This document shows, piece after piece, positions 1 to 8,811 of a stretch of DNA of 45,297 nucleotides (position 1 is its first letter; every line of letters starts with the position of its first letter). The notes beneath the pieces are model-generated. The model made no database searches. It had not been told where the DNA came from and worked only from the letters and a program-made list of their open reading frames with translations. A program made the position numbers and the translations under genes. Source of the stretch: Candidatus Gottesmanbacteria bacterium RIFCSPHIGHO2_01_FULL_46_14 (lineage in GTDB: Bacteria; Patescibacteriota; Microgenomatia; UBA10105; UBA927); the NCBI GenBank assembly GCA_001780895.1, contig MFJJ01000014.1:1-45297 (forward strand), read 5' to 3'.

Positions 1-7
1 TTTTAAT

Positions 8-460
8 TTAGTATGGACGAATTCGTTCCTGCTTTTTCTGAGTTTGACGCCGGCGCCAGGCAGACCAATCTGAACCTTTCGGCGGAACCGGAAGTAATAC
101 TTTTCCGATTGTTTCATCTACTTTATCGAGGATATCACTGAATTTTTCCTGCCGGAGAATCCTCTCCAGAATCTTTTGATATCCCCGTCCACGATATTTT
201 ACCCATACACTTACGCTTGATACTGTAGGAAAACTCACTTTCAGTGTAGACTGGATAGTCCTATAATCAAATCCTTTAACCAACATGAGCGCGATCGAAA
301 GTCTCTTTGCAAGTACTATTCGTTCCGTAGGCGTGAGAAAATCCTCAAGGAATGCGGAAACATCGCTCTCGTTATTAAGCTCTGCAATTGTATGGAAGAA
401 TAAATCAAATATTCTTTTCTCTACTATAGAACTGACTCTTCGATTAGATACTTGTGCCAT
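8..460 (-). CDS. TrpR-related YerC/YecD-like helix-turn-helix DNA-binding protein (150 aa)
   Basis: ATG at 458-460. The segment FLEDFLTPTERIVLAKRLSIALMLVKGFDYRTIQSTLKVSFPTVSSVS fits the TrpR/YerC pattern (TP.E....A.R......L..G.sY..I.......S..T+SRV). The C-tail is basic. Recognition is from memory of the family; no search was run. Confidence 0.6.
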   Translation of the reverse strand: MAQVSNRRVSSIVEKRIFDLFFHTIAELNNESDVSAFLEDFLTPTERIVLAKRLSIALMLVKGFDYRTIQSTLKVSFPTVSSVSVWVKYRGRGYQKILERILRQEKFSDILDKVDETIGKVLLPVPPKGSDWSAWRRRQTQKKQERIRPY

Positions 461-461
461 A

Positions 462-483
462 TAAAATGATTCAAATCATTTTA
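462..483. promoter_or_regulatory. Perfect 22-bp palindrome TAAAATGATTCAAATCATTTTA (copy 1 of 3); candidate operator
   Basis: Read directly: 10-nt arms around a 2-nt centre (CA). It lies 1 nt upstream of the ATG of the YerC/TrpR-like gene and 1 nt after the TAA stop (485-487) of the preceding gene. The same 22-mer recurs at 10639-10660 and 19952-19973. Confidence 0.5.
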
Positions 484-484
484 A

Positions 485-1078
485 TTATTGTGTGATGATG
501 TGAATGCGGGCGTTGTCAACGTAGACGTCGTAGGCTAAGCTTGATTTAAGATACACTTGATAGAGCTTGTTACCTGGTTCGAGAGTAATCGTGGCTTCTT
601 TTCTGACAAGCCCCCCGCCTTCAAAATATACCTCGCTAAACCACACGTCGTGTTTATCGGTCGCGTTGAAAAGTTTGGCGTAGGTACGGCCATTTCCCGT
701 GGGGTTTCTCAAAAAAACTTCAAATGTCACGCGTTTGATTGAATCATAGAGCGCCGTATCAATGTAGACTTGGGCCCCATCAAGTGCCACATACTCGTTA
801 CTTTTTGTCGTCCCTGATCCCAAGGGGATATAGTATTCTTTCGCTTGAGAAATTGGACCCTGTATGAACGTGGGGAGAGTCGGTGCTGGAGTAAAAACGA
901 CGTATGGTGTTGGCCCCGATACAATCGGGGTTGGGGTACTGGTAGGCTGGGGATCGCGATAAGAAACAATAGGCTCTGATTTCCCTTGAGAAAAAATAAT
1001 AATATCAATCCATACCAAATTGATCGCAACGAGAAGCAAAATTGCCGTGAGCGCTCCAATGATAGGATTACGAAGCAT
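485..1078 (-). CDS. Hypothetical membrane-anchored extracytoplasmic protein with Pro/Thr-rich linker (197 aa)
   Basis: The tracked ORF start at 1093 is a TTG; the first ATG is at 1076-1078 (MLRNPIIGALTAILLLVAINLV = N-terminal TM). This is followed by a PQPTSTPTPIVSGPTPYVVFTPAPTLPT linker and a beta-rich C-terminal domain. I recognise no family. Confidence 0.55.
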   Translation of the reverse strand: MLRNPIIGALTAILLLVAINLVWIDIIIFSQGKSEPIVSYRDPQPTSTPTPIVSGPTPYVVFTPAPTLPTFIQGPISQAKEYYIPLGSGTTKSNEYVALDGAQVYIDTALYDSIKRVTFEVFLRNPTGNGRTYAKLFNATDKHDVWFSEVYFEGGGLVRKEATITLEPGNKLYQVYLKSSLAYDVYVDNARIHIITQ

Positions 1079-1970
1079 ATAGTTTTCGAACAAATCGTTT
1101 CCAAACTCTCGCGAGCGGATTTAGTTCTGTCTCAATCTCTACCGTTTTAGTCCAATATTCTATCTCTTTGCCTCTATCGTGAAGCTCTCGAGTTACGATG
1201 GGAAAGTTCAATTCAATATCGACGAATTTAGATCGCTCCCATAGCTTGGCAAACACAATAAAGGAATAGAATGCCTGAAGAATTGCCAGAACCAGTCCGT
1301 GCAGCCCGTCTTTATATCCGCTTTGAGCAAAAAAAATCTTAATAAAATCGGAAATCGGGAACCGCAATGCATCCATCCAGGAGATCTGGTACCCACTTTG
1401 GATGTGTTTGGCAACTTCGCTTTCGGTATAAATGGTATCCATTTTGCCGATAAATTGAGAAATAGATGAATAATTGTAGTGAATATACGGTTCGTTCAGT
1501 TCACCCGTTATCCCCACGACCTCCAAGTATTCATGGACATGTTTCCCGGGAAATTTTCCCGATCCTCTCCGAAATAATCTCAATTGCTTATCCGGCCACC
1601 AAAGACCATGACGAATCCAACGCCTAAAAATAATATTTTTCCTTGGGATCCAATATCCGGCGGTGTCGGTCGCACCAATAGCAATCTTTATCTCCGCTGC
1701 CAAACCCTCTGGTATTTCCTCGTCGCTATCAAGGGAAAGAATCCATTCGCTTTTTGCCTTCGTAAACCCAAAGTTTTTATTGACGTTTAACATTGGATTA
1801 TTTTCTTTTGTAAGTATTTTTGCCTTGAATTTATTTGCGATTGCCACGGTGTCATCAGTTGACTCATTGTCTATAACAATAATCTCGTCTGCCCATCGGA
1901 CGGAGGCGAGCGTCCTCGGGAGAGTTTGACTGGCATTAAGGGCAGAAATCACGACACTTATCGTCGCCAT
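1068..1970 (-). CDS. Glycosyltransferase family 2 (300 aa)
   Basis: The N-terminus ISVVISALNASQTLPRTLASV...IIVIDNESTDDT and the acidic motif LDSDEE are typical of GT-A/GT2. ATG at 1968-1970. It overlaps the upstream gene by 13 nt. Confidence 0.8.
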   Translation of the reverse strand: MATISVVISALNASQTLPRTLASVRWADEIIVIDNESTDDTVAIANKFKAKILTKENNPMLNVNKNFGFTKAKSEWILSLDSDEEIPEGLAAEIKIAIGATDTAGYWIPRKNIIFRRWIRHGLWWPDKQLRLFRRGSGKFPGKHVHEYLEVVGITGELNEPYIHYNYSSISQFIGKMDTIYTESEVAKHIQSGYQISWMDALRFPISDFIKIFFAQSGYKDGLHGLVLAILQAFYSFIVFAKLWERSKFVDIELNFPIVTRELHDRGKEIEYWTKTVEIETELNPLARVWKRFVRKLYAS

Positions 1971-3409
1971 AGTGGAAATTTTTCTAAAATTGAACTGATC
2001 CGAACACGCTCAAATCTCCAAAGAACACCCACATACAGTATAACACCGCCGATTCCCACAATGACCGTTGCAACAATATTTTTAGGGATAATGTGCAAAC
2101 TCCCAAAATACCATAGGAGCTGGACCGATACTGCCAGAATCGGGAAGCGGACACTGTGCCAAAAAGAAAACGGACAAATAGAACGAGCCAAATACACCAC
2201 GAGAACCAAGGTAGACGTGATCAATAGTAACGCCAGAGCAACTCCGTTAAATCCAAACATATTGACCAATAACATGGTCAAAATCCACGTTGAGGAAGTC
2301 CATAAAACCATGAGAATTAGTGTTATTTTGATTCGCCCCACGGCATTGAGCGCATTTGTGAGTGGAGTAGACAAACTTGCAATAGCAGAGGCCACGGCAA
2401 AGAGATAAAATGACAAGAGCGCCGGCTCCCACTTCTCGTACCGGGGAATAATGCTCACGAGGGGTGCGATTCCAAACAAAAGTCCGGCCATAATCGGGAA
2501 AATGCTAGCAGCCAATCCGAAGAGTGTTTTTTCGATAGCCCTTCCAAGCACTCCCACTTCATGCTGGAGTCGTGAAAATGTCGGGAAGGTCACGCGTATG
2601 ACGCTATCCATAATTAATCGGAGCGGTACTTCCGCCCATTTTTTTGCCCAACCTATGTATCCCACTTCGGTAAAGGTGAGTATTTTTCCCAGCATGACGG
2701 TCAGTAAATCATCTTTGACAAGTGCAAGGAGTGAGTTTGCTTGAAACGGTAAACCAAAACGAAGAAGTTTTCGCGCTGAAGCGCGATCTATTCCGAGAGA
2801 CGGTCGCCAGGGCGAAACAATATAAATTGCAACCAGCCCGATCACGGAGCGCATGAGTACGGCCCATGCAAAACTCATTGTTCCCAAGCCCTGCCACGCC
2901 AGAACGACGGCAGTAGCATAAAATCCAAGCGTTTCAACGATTTGTGGTATGACGAGCTTTTGAAAATCTAATTTTCGCTCCAGGATTACCGATGGGATGG
3001 TTTTGAGCGATGAAAGAAAAAATGCAACAATGAGTGATCGATACAACCACTGTCCATCCCCGTCGAGTCCATAAAATTTACCAATTACCGACGTAAGAAA
3101 AAACGCCAAAATAACAAGAACTACAACGAGCCCTTGTTGGATGGTAAACGTTGTCATCAGGTCACGATCGGTTACCGCTTCCTTTTTTTGAATGAGTGCA
3201 GCAGCAAGGCCTATATCAGAAAAATAATTGAGGAATGCAATAATAGCCGATACGACATAAAAAACCCCAAATGCCGCAGGGGACAAAAAAATAGTCAGGA
3301 GAAACGTTCCGCCGAAGGCAATAACCTGAAGAACAAATGTACGGGATGTCAGAGCTAAAATCCCTTTAATCGATTTTTGTTTAATAACTTCAAGCGATAC
3401 GTCTTCCAT
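1958..3409 (-). CDS. MOP-superfamily polysaccharide/oligosaccharide flippase (Wzx-like, 483 aa)
   Basis: About 12-14 hydrophobic segments. The N-terminus IKQKSIKGILALTSRTFVLQVIAFGGTFLLTIFLSPAAFGVFYVV...AALIQKKE is typical of Polysacc_synt family proteins. Confidence 0.75.
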   Translation of the reverse strand: MEDVSLEVIKQKSIKGILALTSRTFVLQVIAFGGTFLLTIFLSPAAFGVFYVVSAIIAFLNYFSDIGLAAALIQKKEAVTDRDLMTTFTIQQGLVVVLVILAFFLTSVIGKFYGLDGDGQWLYRSLIVAFFLSSLKTIPSVILERKLDFQKLVIPQIVETLGFYATAVVLAWQGLGTMSFAWAVLMRSVIGLVAIYIVSPWRPSLGIDRASARKLLRFGLPFQANSLLALVKDDLLTVMLGKILTFTEVGYIGWAKKWAEVPLRLIMDSVIRVTFPTFSRLQHEVGVLGRAIEKTLFGLAASIFPIMAGLLFGIAPLVSIIPRYEKWEPALLSFYLFAVASAIASLSTPLTNALNAVGRIKITLILMVLWTSSTWILTMLLVNMFGFNGVALALLLITSTLVLVVYLARSICPFSFWHSVRFPILAVSVQLLWYFGSLHIIPKNIVATVIVGIGGVILYVGVLWRFERVRISSILEKFPLWRR

Positions 3410-4139
3410 AAGAAAAATTCCTCCAAGGCCTCCTCACCAACAGTCTCCAAAGTCCTTCTACATCACCGCGGGCCGTATGAAGCACACGAACCGTGGATCC
3501 CGGATTATCTATCCAGGTGACGGGCTCATCATAGATCCTAAACCCGAGTTTTTCGGCAAGGATCAGAAACTCCGTATCAAAAAACCATTCATCGTCCTGC
3601 ACCCGGGGTATAAGAAAATCAACAGCACGGCGTGTTGCCGCTTTAAATCCGCACTGTGCGTCAGTAAAATGCACCCAAAACAAAAGCTTGATGAGCACGA
3701 TATATCCTTTCGATGTTATAGTTCTTAACATATTTCTTCCATAGACACGCGCGCCTTTGGCATTTCTCGATCCAATCGCCACGTCATAACCCCGGGCTAA
3801 TGCCCCGATGAGCGCTGGCAGATGTTTTAGATCAGTCGAAAGGTCTACATCCATATAGGCAACAAAATCCGTTTTTACCCGTGTCCATGCATATTTGACC
3901 GCGCGACCCCTCCCTTTTTCATCCAAATGAAGAGCAGTGATTCTTTTATTGTTGAGGCTCAAGTCACGGGCGATCGCGTAGGTACGATCTGTTGAAGCAT
4001 TATCCACAATACTCATCTGCCAATTGATCATTGCAAGATGTTTCTGTAAAAAATCTACGAGCGTAGTTATGTTCGTAGCAAGCTCCTTTTCTTCGTTGTA
4101 TACCGGAATTACGACATTAAGTGATTGCTTTTTTTTCAT
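3390..4139 (-). CDS. GT2 polyprenyl-phosphate sugar synthase-like (Dpm1/GtrB/CsbB type, 249 aa)
   Basis: Start trimmed to ATG 4137-4139 (MKKKQSLNVVIPVYNEEKE). Motifs: IVDNASTDRT, MDVDLSTD (DxD) and AQCGFKA, as in dolichyl/undecaprenyl-phosphate glycosyltransferases. Confidence 0.8.
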   Translation of the reverse strand: MKKKQSLNVVIPVYNEEKELATNITTLVDFLQKHLAMINWQMSIVDNASTDRTYAIARDLSLNNKRITALHLDEKGRGRAVKYAWTRVKTDFVAYMDVDLSTDLKHLPALIGALARGYDVAIGSRNAKGARVYGRNMLRTITSKGYIVLIKLLFWVHFTDAQCGFKAATRRAVDFLIPRVQDDEWFFDTEFLILAEKLGFRIYDEPVTWIDNPGSTVRVLHTARGDVEGLWRLLVRRPWRNFSYGRRIA

Positions 4140-5787
4140 GACGCGAAAACAAAAAGATACTATATAAAATTGAAAGCAATGAAACAACGTTCCCGACTAT
4201 CCGCACAGGCGTATCGGTAAATCGTGATTGAAAAAGATACGTCCCGGCCGGCAGAACAATCGTCGGCAATCCATGATCAAGAGCCGGCTCAATCTCTTTC
4301 CCTTCTATATAATATCGCCATCCCGGAAAATGGGCGCGATTGATGGTAACCATCTCTTGCTCCCGCACTGTTATCATTGCTTTTGTATATGTCTCCGTGT
4401 CTATCTCTGTTTCTACGGATCCGTTATTGGGTGTTTTAACAGTTGTTTTTGGAATCTCACCCGCGGCTCCTGGCTTGGTGACACTTGGTGGAAGATATTC
4501 GTCTGATATTTTCGAAACTCGAAACCTCAATTCTTCGTCAGTTTCAAATGCAGCGGGATCTCGAGTATATCCATATTGGGGCTCAAATAATTTCCCATTG
4601 ACGCCGACAATACCCAAAACTGCAATTAAAACAAAAATACCGCGCATCCATTGCTTTTGAACAAGCACAACACTTGCACCCGCAAACACCGAAAGGCCAA
4701 AAACGCTAAAAACCAACATGCGCCATGGATACTGGATAAATGACGCCTCAGGTACAATCTGCCAAACCCAACCCGACAGTGGTGTCATGAGAATAATGGA
4801 ACATACAAACAAAAAAAATACGGTTCTGAATATTATCCGGGTCTTTAAAGATACTCTCTTGCTAAAAACTATCAAAGCAATACCACCGAGAGCACCAAGG
4901 AGCAGATGCACTTTTCCGAGTTTAAAAGACATCCCCTCGATACATCCCGGCACCGATCCACCAAACCCCCAATCCGATTGCCACAGCTGACCTAAACAAA
5001 CAAAATGATCGCCCCAAAAGGCAGTTGTCCCAATTTGGCCGGCAACTGAAGTAAAACCCATTTCAAAAAATGCCGGTAACCAGAAAAACATAGTCAGTCC
5101 CAATCCAAAAAGAAGAAGCAAGACATAATTCCGAAATGTCACCATCGACCCCTTGCCAAACAACAACACTGCCAGCCCATACATACCAATGCCCAATGCC
5201 AGTCCTAAGGTGGTTATATATCCCATGATGGTGTGAGACAGGATAACGCCAGCTAGCCCCATACTACCCACAACGACACCGCCAAAACGGAAATTCTTTG
5301 AGGCCATCACGAGTCCCAAAAATATAATGGGGAGAAACATAAACATCCAAAATTCGCCGACAGCCCCACGAACGTAAATCTCTACCGCATGATAGGGTGC
5401 ATAAACATAGGCTACTGCAGCAACTAATCCAGCGAGGTTTCCAAAAAGGTATTGAACGAAAAGAAACATGGTGAGACCTGCACCGATAATTCCCAAAGCA
5501 AACATAAGTTTAGTTGCAGTAAGTCCAGACAGTCCAGCTGCATAGAGTGCTCCTCCAACGTAATATGGCAACGGGCCGTAAAAATTAAACAACGGGTATC
5601 CGTATCCATACCCTAAATCGGTAACCCAACGCACCGGAAACTGGCCGTTTCGAACCGCTCTTCCCATAACAACAACTCTTCCCACTTGCGTATCGTCATG
5701 CATGGGAAAAAATCCAGAATACAATAACGGTCGTACACTTACGAGTGTCACGCACAATAAAAACAGTCCAATGAGTGCTGATTTCAT
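4117..5787 (-). CDS. YfhO/PTPS-related-type GT-C-fold membrane protein (556 aa)
   Basis: More than 10 TM segments. There is an acidic motif after TM1 (FPMHDDTQVG) and GQFPVRW...YGYGYP. The C-terminal extracytoplasmic domain ends in HFPGWRYYIEGKEIEP...LPAGTYLFQSRF plus a terminal TM, which is YfhO-like. It is a paralogue of the next gene. Confidence 0.6.
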   Translation of the reverse strand: MKSALIGLFLLCVTLVSVRPLLYSGFFPMHDDTQVGRVVVMGRAVRNGQFPVRWVTDLGYGYGYPLFNFYGPLPYYVGGALYAAGLSGLTATKLMFALGIIGAGLTMFLFVQYLFGNLAGLVAAVAYVYAPYHAVEIYVRGAVGEFWMFMFLPIIFLGLVMASKNFRFGGVVVGSMGLAGVILSHTIMGYITTLGLALGIGMYGLAVLLFGKGSMVTFRNYVLLLLFGLGLTMFFWLPAFFEMGFTSVAGQIGTTAFWGDHFVCLGQLWQSDWGFGGSVPGCIEGMSFKLGKVHLLLGALGGIALIVFSKRVSLKTRIIFRTVFFLFVCSIILMTPLSGWVWQIVPEASFIQYPWRMLVFSVFGLSVFAGASVVLVQKQWMRGIFVLIAVLGIVGVNGKLFEPQYGYTRDPAAFETDEELRFRVSKISDEYLPPSVTKPGAAGEIPKTTVKTPNNGSVETEIDTETYTKAMITVREQEMVTINRAHFPGWRYYIEGKEIEPALDHGLPTIVLPAGTYLFQSRFTDTPVRIVGNVVSLLSILYSIFLFSRHEKKAIT

Positions 5788-7313
5788 ATTGTTCGTTTCC
5801 TCGTCAAACGTCGTCGGACGACAAATACACTATAGAGAATAATACTTGCAAGCGTTACGCTGTCGGCAACAAACCGTTCGGGCGTTTCACGAAATTCTGC
5901 AACAAAATGATGGGATCCTTTGGGTACGGCAACACGCATAAGTCCCCGGTCATTTCTCCAATCTAAAGGAGCGGGATGCCCGTCGACAGTCACTCCCCAT
6001 CCCGGATAATAAATCGTATTGAGTGCAATAATAGAATTCTCTTCAAGGGTCAGGTCTACATCTACGCGCTGCGTATTAACAATACGCTGCTCGATGGTAC
6101 CCCGTCCCTGAAATATTTCTATTCTATTGCTATTCCGTTCGCTTGACATGGCACCGACCCAACGGGGCATATACTCGTCTTTGACTGTCGTTGTCGCTTC
6201 ATTGGTTGTGTAGTAGCCTTCGGGACGGTCAACATAGGCAACACTACCAAGGATCGGCACGAGAGATACAACCCCAAGGATGACGTATACGCCCACCAGT
6301 TTATTTCTCGATGACTTCAAGTATTCAACGGAGCTCGCCACAAGCCAGGGTCCCGAGAGGAGGACGAGGGCAAGCATTCGAAACGGAAATTGAAATAGTG
6401 TCAAAAAAATATCCATATTCCAGAGTACCTCTGACCAGGGCGACGCAAGAAACAATCCGATAAAAAAACCTCCTGTATAAATACCGCGCGAAGAAAAATA
6501 CTTTCGTCTGCGCGACAGAAGGTACACGATAAGTCCCACAATAAACGGCAAACCGACGAGGGTTAAATTGTTTAAGGTCAAAAAATATTGACGGGGCTGG
6601 GATATGGTGAGCAAACTAAATTTTACCAAATCACGCTCAAGGAGCGCAGGAATCCAAAAAAATGCCGATAACCCGGCACCAAGAACAAGATAACCAAACC
6701 ATACCCAACGTCGGGAAAGAGTCAAATAGAGTGTAAAAAACATGACAAACAAAAGCGCCAAAGAATTGTGAGAAACTATAAGAAACGCAATGCTCAAGGG
6801 AAAAATCAATAAAAATCCTCCTTCGATAGTCCACATCGTCATTGCCGCCGCGGCAAAAGCCAGTATTTCTCCCACGGAACCCCGCGTATAGATATCAAAA
6901 GCCAGATAGGGAGCGGTCAAAAAACTAAACGTACCCACAAAGCTTGACGCCCGCGAAAAACTGCGCCTCAAGCTTGCAAACAAAAAAAGTGCCGCGCCAA
7001 TAACTGACGAAGCAAGAATAATTTTTACGGCACCAACAAACGAAAAGCCCAGCAGACGCAGAATTGATCCGATGTATAAAAATCCCGGATAGAGAAAATT
7101 GGCAACCGGGTATCCGTAGGAATAATTGAGTCGCCCGAGGAACCGCACGGGGAATTGTCCCTCAGCGAGACTTTGATAAAAAGCAGATAGTCGTATGACC
7201 ATCCATTCACCGTCATCGGATACATAAAACCCTCGTTTGAACAGCGGCCACAAAACGAGCATACTTACCGCAATAACAAGACAATGCCACCATACGTTTC
7301 TCTGTGTTTTCAT
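5784..7313 (-). CDS. YfhO/PTPS-related-type GT-C-fold membrane protein, tandem paralogue (509 aa)
   Basis: Start trimmed to ATG 7311-7313 (MKTQRNVWWHCLVIAV). Motifs are collinear with the neighbour: YVSDDGEWMV, GQFPVRF...YSYGYP, YYPGWGVTVDGHPAP...VPKGSHHFVAEF. There is an ATGA overlap with the downstream gene. Confidence 0.6.
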   Translation of the reverse strand: MKTQRNVWWHCLVIAVSMLVLWPLFKRGFYVSDDGEWMVIRLSAFYQSLAEGQFPVRFLGRLNYSYGYPVANFLYPGFLYIGSILRLLGFSFVGAVKIILASSVIGAALFLFASLRRSFSRASSFVGTFSFLTAPYLAFDIYTRGSVGEILAFAAAAMTMWTIEGGFLLIFPLSIAFLIVSHNSLALLFVMFFTLYLTLSRRWVWFGYLVLGAGLSAFFWIPALLERDLVKFSLLTISQPRQYFLTLNNLTLVGLPFIVGLIVYLLSRRRKYFSSRGIYTGGFFIGLFLASPWSEVLWNMDIFLTLFQFPFRMLALVLLSGPWLVASSVEYLKSSRNKLVGVYVILGVVSLVPILGSVAYVDRPEGYYTTNEATTTVKDEYMPRWVGAMSSERNSNRIEIFQGRGTIEQRIVNTQRVDVDLTLEENSIIALNTIYYPGWGVTVDGHPAPLDWRNDRGLMRVAVPKGSHHFVAEFRETPERFVADSVTLASIILYSVFVVRRRLTRKRTI

Positions 7314-7317
7314 AAAA

Positions 7318-8811
7318 TCAGAGTCTCGGAAGTGCGAGTTTATATAGCCTGAGGAATCGATCTTTACGGAGTCCCTTTTGCCAGGATCCCACGAGTTGGC
7401 CGAACCAATCCGGAGGTAGCAGACTTTGATTTGCAACCAGGTACGTGGGCTCTTCCCTTATTTTTTCTACTATAGAATCAGGCATTTTCTCAGGCAGCGG
7501 CCAAATTCCGACTATAGTAATATTGGGTCGATCGACAAGATACATTTCAATTGCGTATGGCAGGAGGCCAAATGTGCCTTCAGTAAATACCGTGATGTGC
7601 TGGTTTTGAGATTGTTCTAAAAGAAGCGCATTCACTTCGCGAATACCCCACCCCGCCGGCCAATCACTTATATACTGACCACGATCTGCCTGCGCAATCG
7701 GCGCATAGAGCGGATTAAACAAGAGATAATAAACAGCGATAAGGCTGGGGGCGAATAACCCTATAAAGAGAACCGCCCTCCATACCCTATTTGTTATTTT
7801 CTCAAAAAGCCATACGATGGTTACCGCTGCAGCGATCAACAGAGGCATTGCCAGAAATAACACAAACCGCGGATAAAGCACCCGTCCTGCCGCCGCAAGA
7901 CCAACGAGGGGTACGAGACACCACGCATAGAGAACCAAAAACTCCTTCCGGAATTTGGGCTCCATTGCCGGGGCAATCGCGGCAAAAAAAATTGGCCACG
8001 TAAGATAGGTAATAAGCCAGTCGAAAAGACCACGGAGATTTCCTTCGAGATGTTGTGTCGGGTGAATAATCCATTCACTAAACGAGTACACAAAAACGGT
8101 ATCTTTTTGCGCAACCATATGGAAAAACGGTGATAACCGCAGAACGCTATAGAGAAGCTGAGAAATAATGGCGGCAATCAACACAAAGCCAATCCATCGG
8201 GTAATTCTCTTAGGACTGTTCCAATCGAATAACAATAACGTTGTAGGGATAAGATATAAACTCAAAAAACCTGATGTTTTATTAAGCATCCCCGCTCCAA
8301 GAGTCATGCCGAAAATAAGTGCAATATCGAGCCTCGGGGATCGTGCGAGGCGTATAGCAAGATACAGATTCCATATAAAAAAAGTCGCGACCAAACTATC
8401 GTAGAGTGCCATGCGGTCGTATACGAGCGCAAATGGCGAGATCAGATAGAGAAGTGCGCTTGTCCAGGCTACTTCCTTTCTTTTGAATATCTCATAGCTC
8501 AGAACCCATATCCCGGCCATGCTCGCAGCTCCGGCTATAACCGAAGCAAATCGCCCCACAAACAATGGGTCAGCAGGAATGAGGCGAAAAAGTACCATCA
8601 CAACCCAGGTAAATAGCGGCTGTTTACCGTCGACAAGAGAAATAAAGCGCCAATTGGCGTCTTGTGCTCCTATCTGGCTCCATCGAATGTAAATAGCCTC
8701 ATCGGTGAATATGGGAATTTGTGTGAGGTTAACAAGCCTCGTGACTGCGTAGAAGGCAGCAAATAGGACAATCAGGAGGATCGTGAAAAAGAGCCCGCGA
8801 CCTCGTGCCAT
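7318..8811 (-). CDS. GT-C glycosyltransferase, ArnT/PMT (GT39/GT83)-like (497 aa)
   Basis: Start trimmed to ATG 8809-8811 (MARGRGLFFTILLIVLFAAFYAV). The motif IFTDEAIYIRW lies in the first loop (DE motif of ArnT/PMT_2 type), with about 11-12 TM segments and a C-terminal soluble domain. Confidence 0.7.
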   Translation of the reverse strand: MARGRGLFFTILLIVLFAAFYAVTRLVNLTQIPIFTDEAIYIRWSQIGAQDANWRFISLVDGKQPLFTWVVMVLFRLIPADPLFVGRFASVIAGAASMAGIWVLSYEIFKRKEVAWTSALLYLISPFALVYDRMALYDSLVATFFIWNLYLAIRLARSPRLDIALIFGMTLGAGMLNKTSGFLSLYLIPTTLLLFDWNSPKRITRWIGFVLIAAIISQLLYSVLRLSPFFHMVAQKDTVFVYSFSEWIIHPTQHLEGNLRGLFDWLITYLTWPIFFAAIAPAMEPKFRKEFLVLYAWCLVPLVGLAAAGRVLYPRFVLFLAMPLLIAAAVTIVWLFEKITNRVWRAVLFIGLFAPSLIAVYYLLFNPLYAPIAQADRGQYISDWPAGWGIREVNALLLEQSQNQHITVFTEGTFGLLPYAIEMYLVDRPNITIVGIWPLPEKMPDSIVEKIREEPTYLVANQSLLPPDWFGQLVGSWQKGLRKDRFLRLYKLALPRL

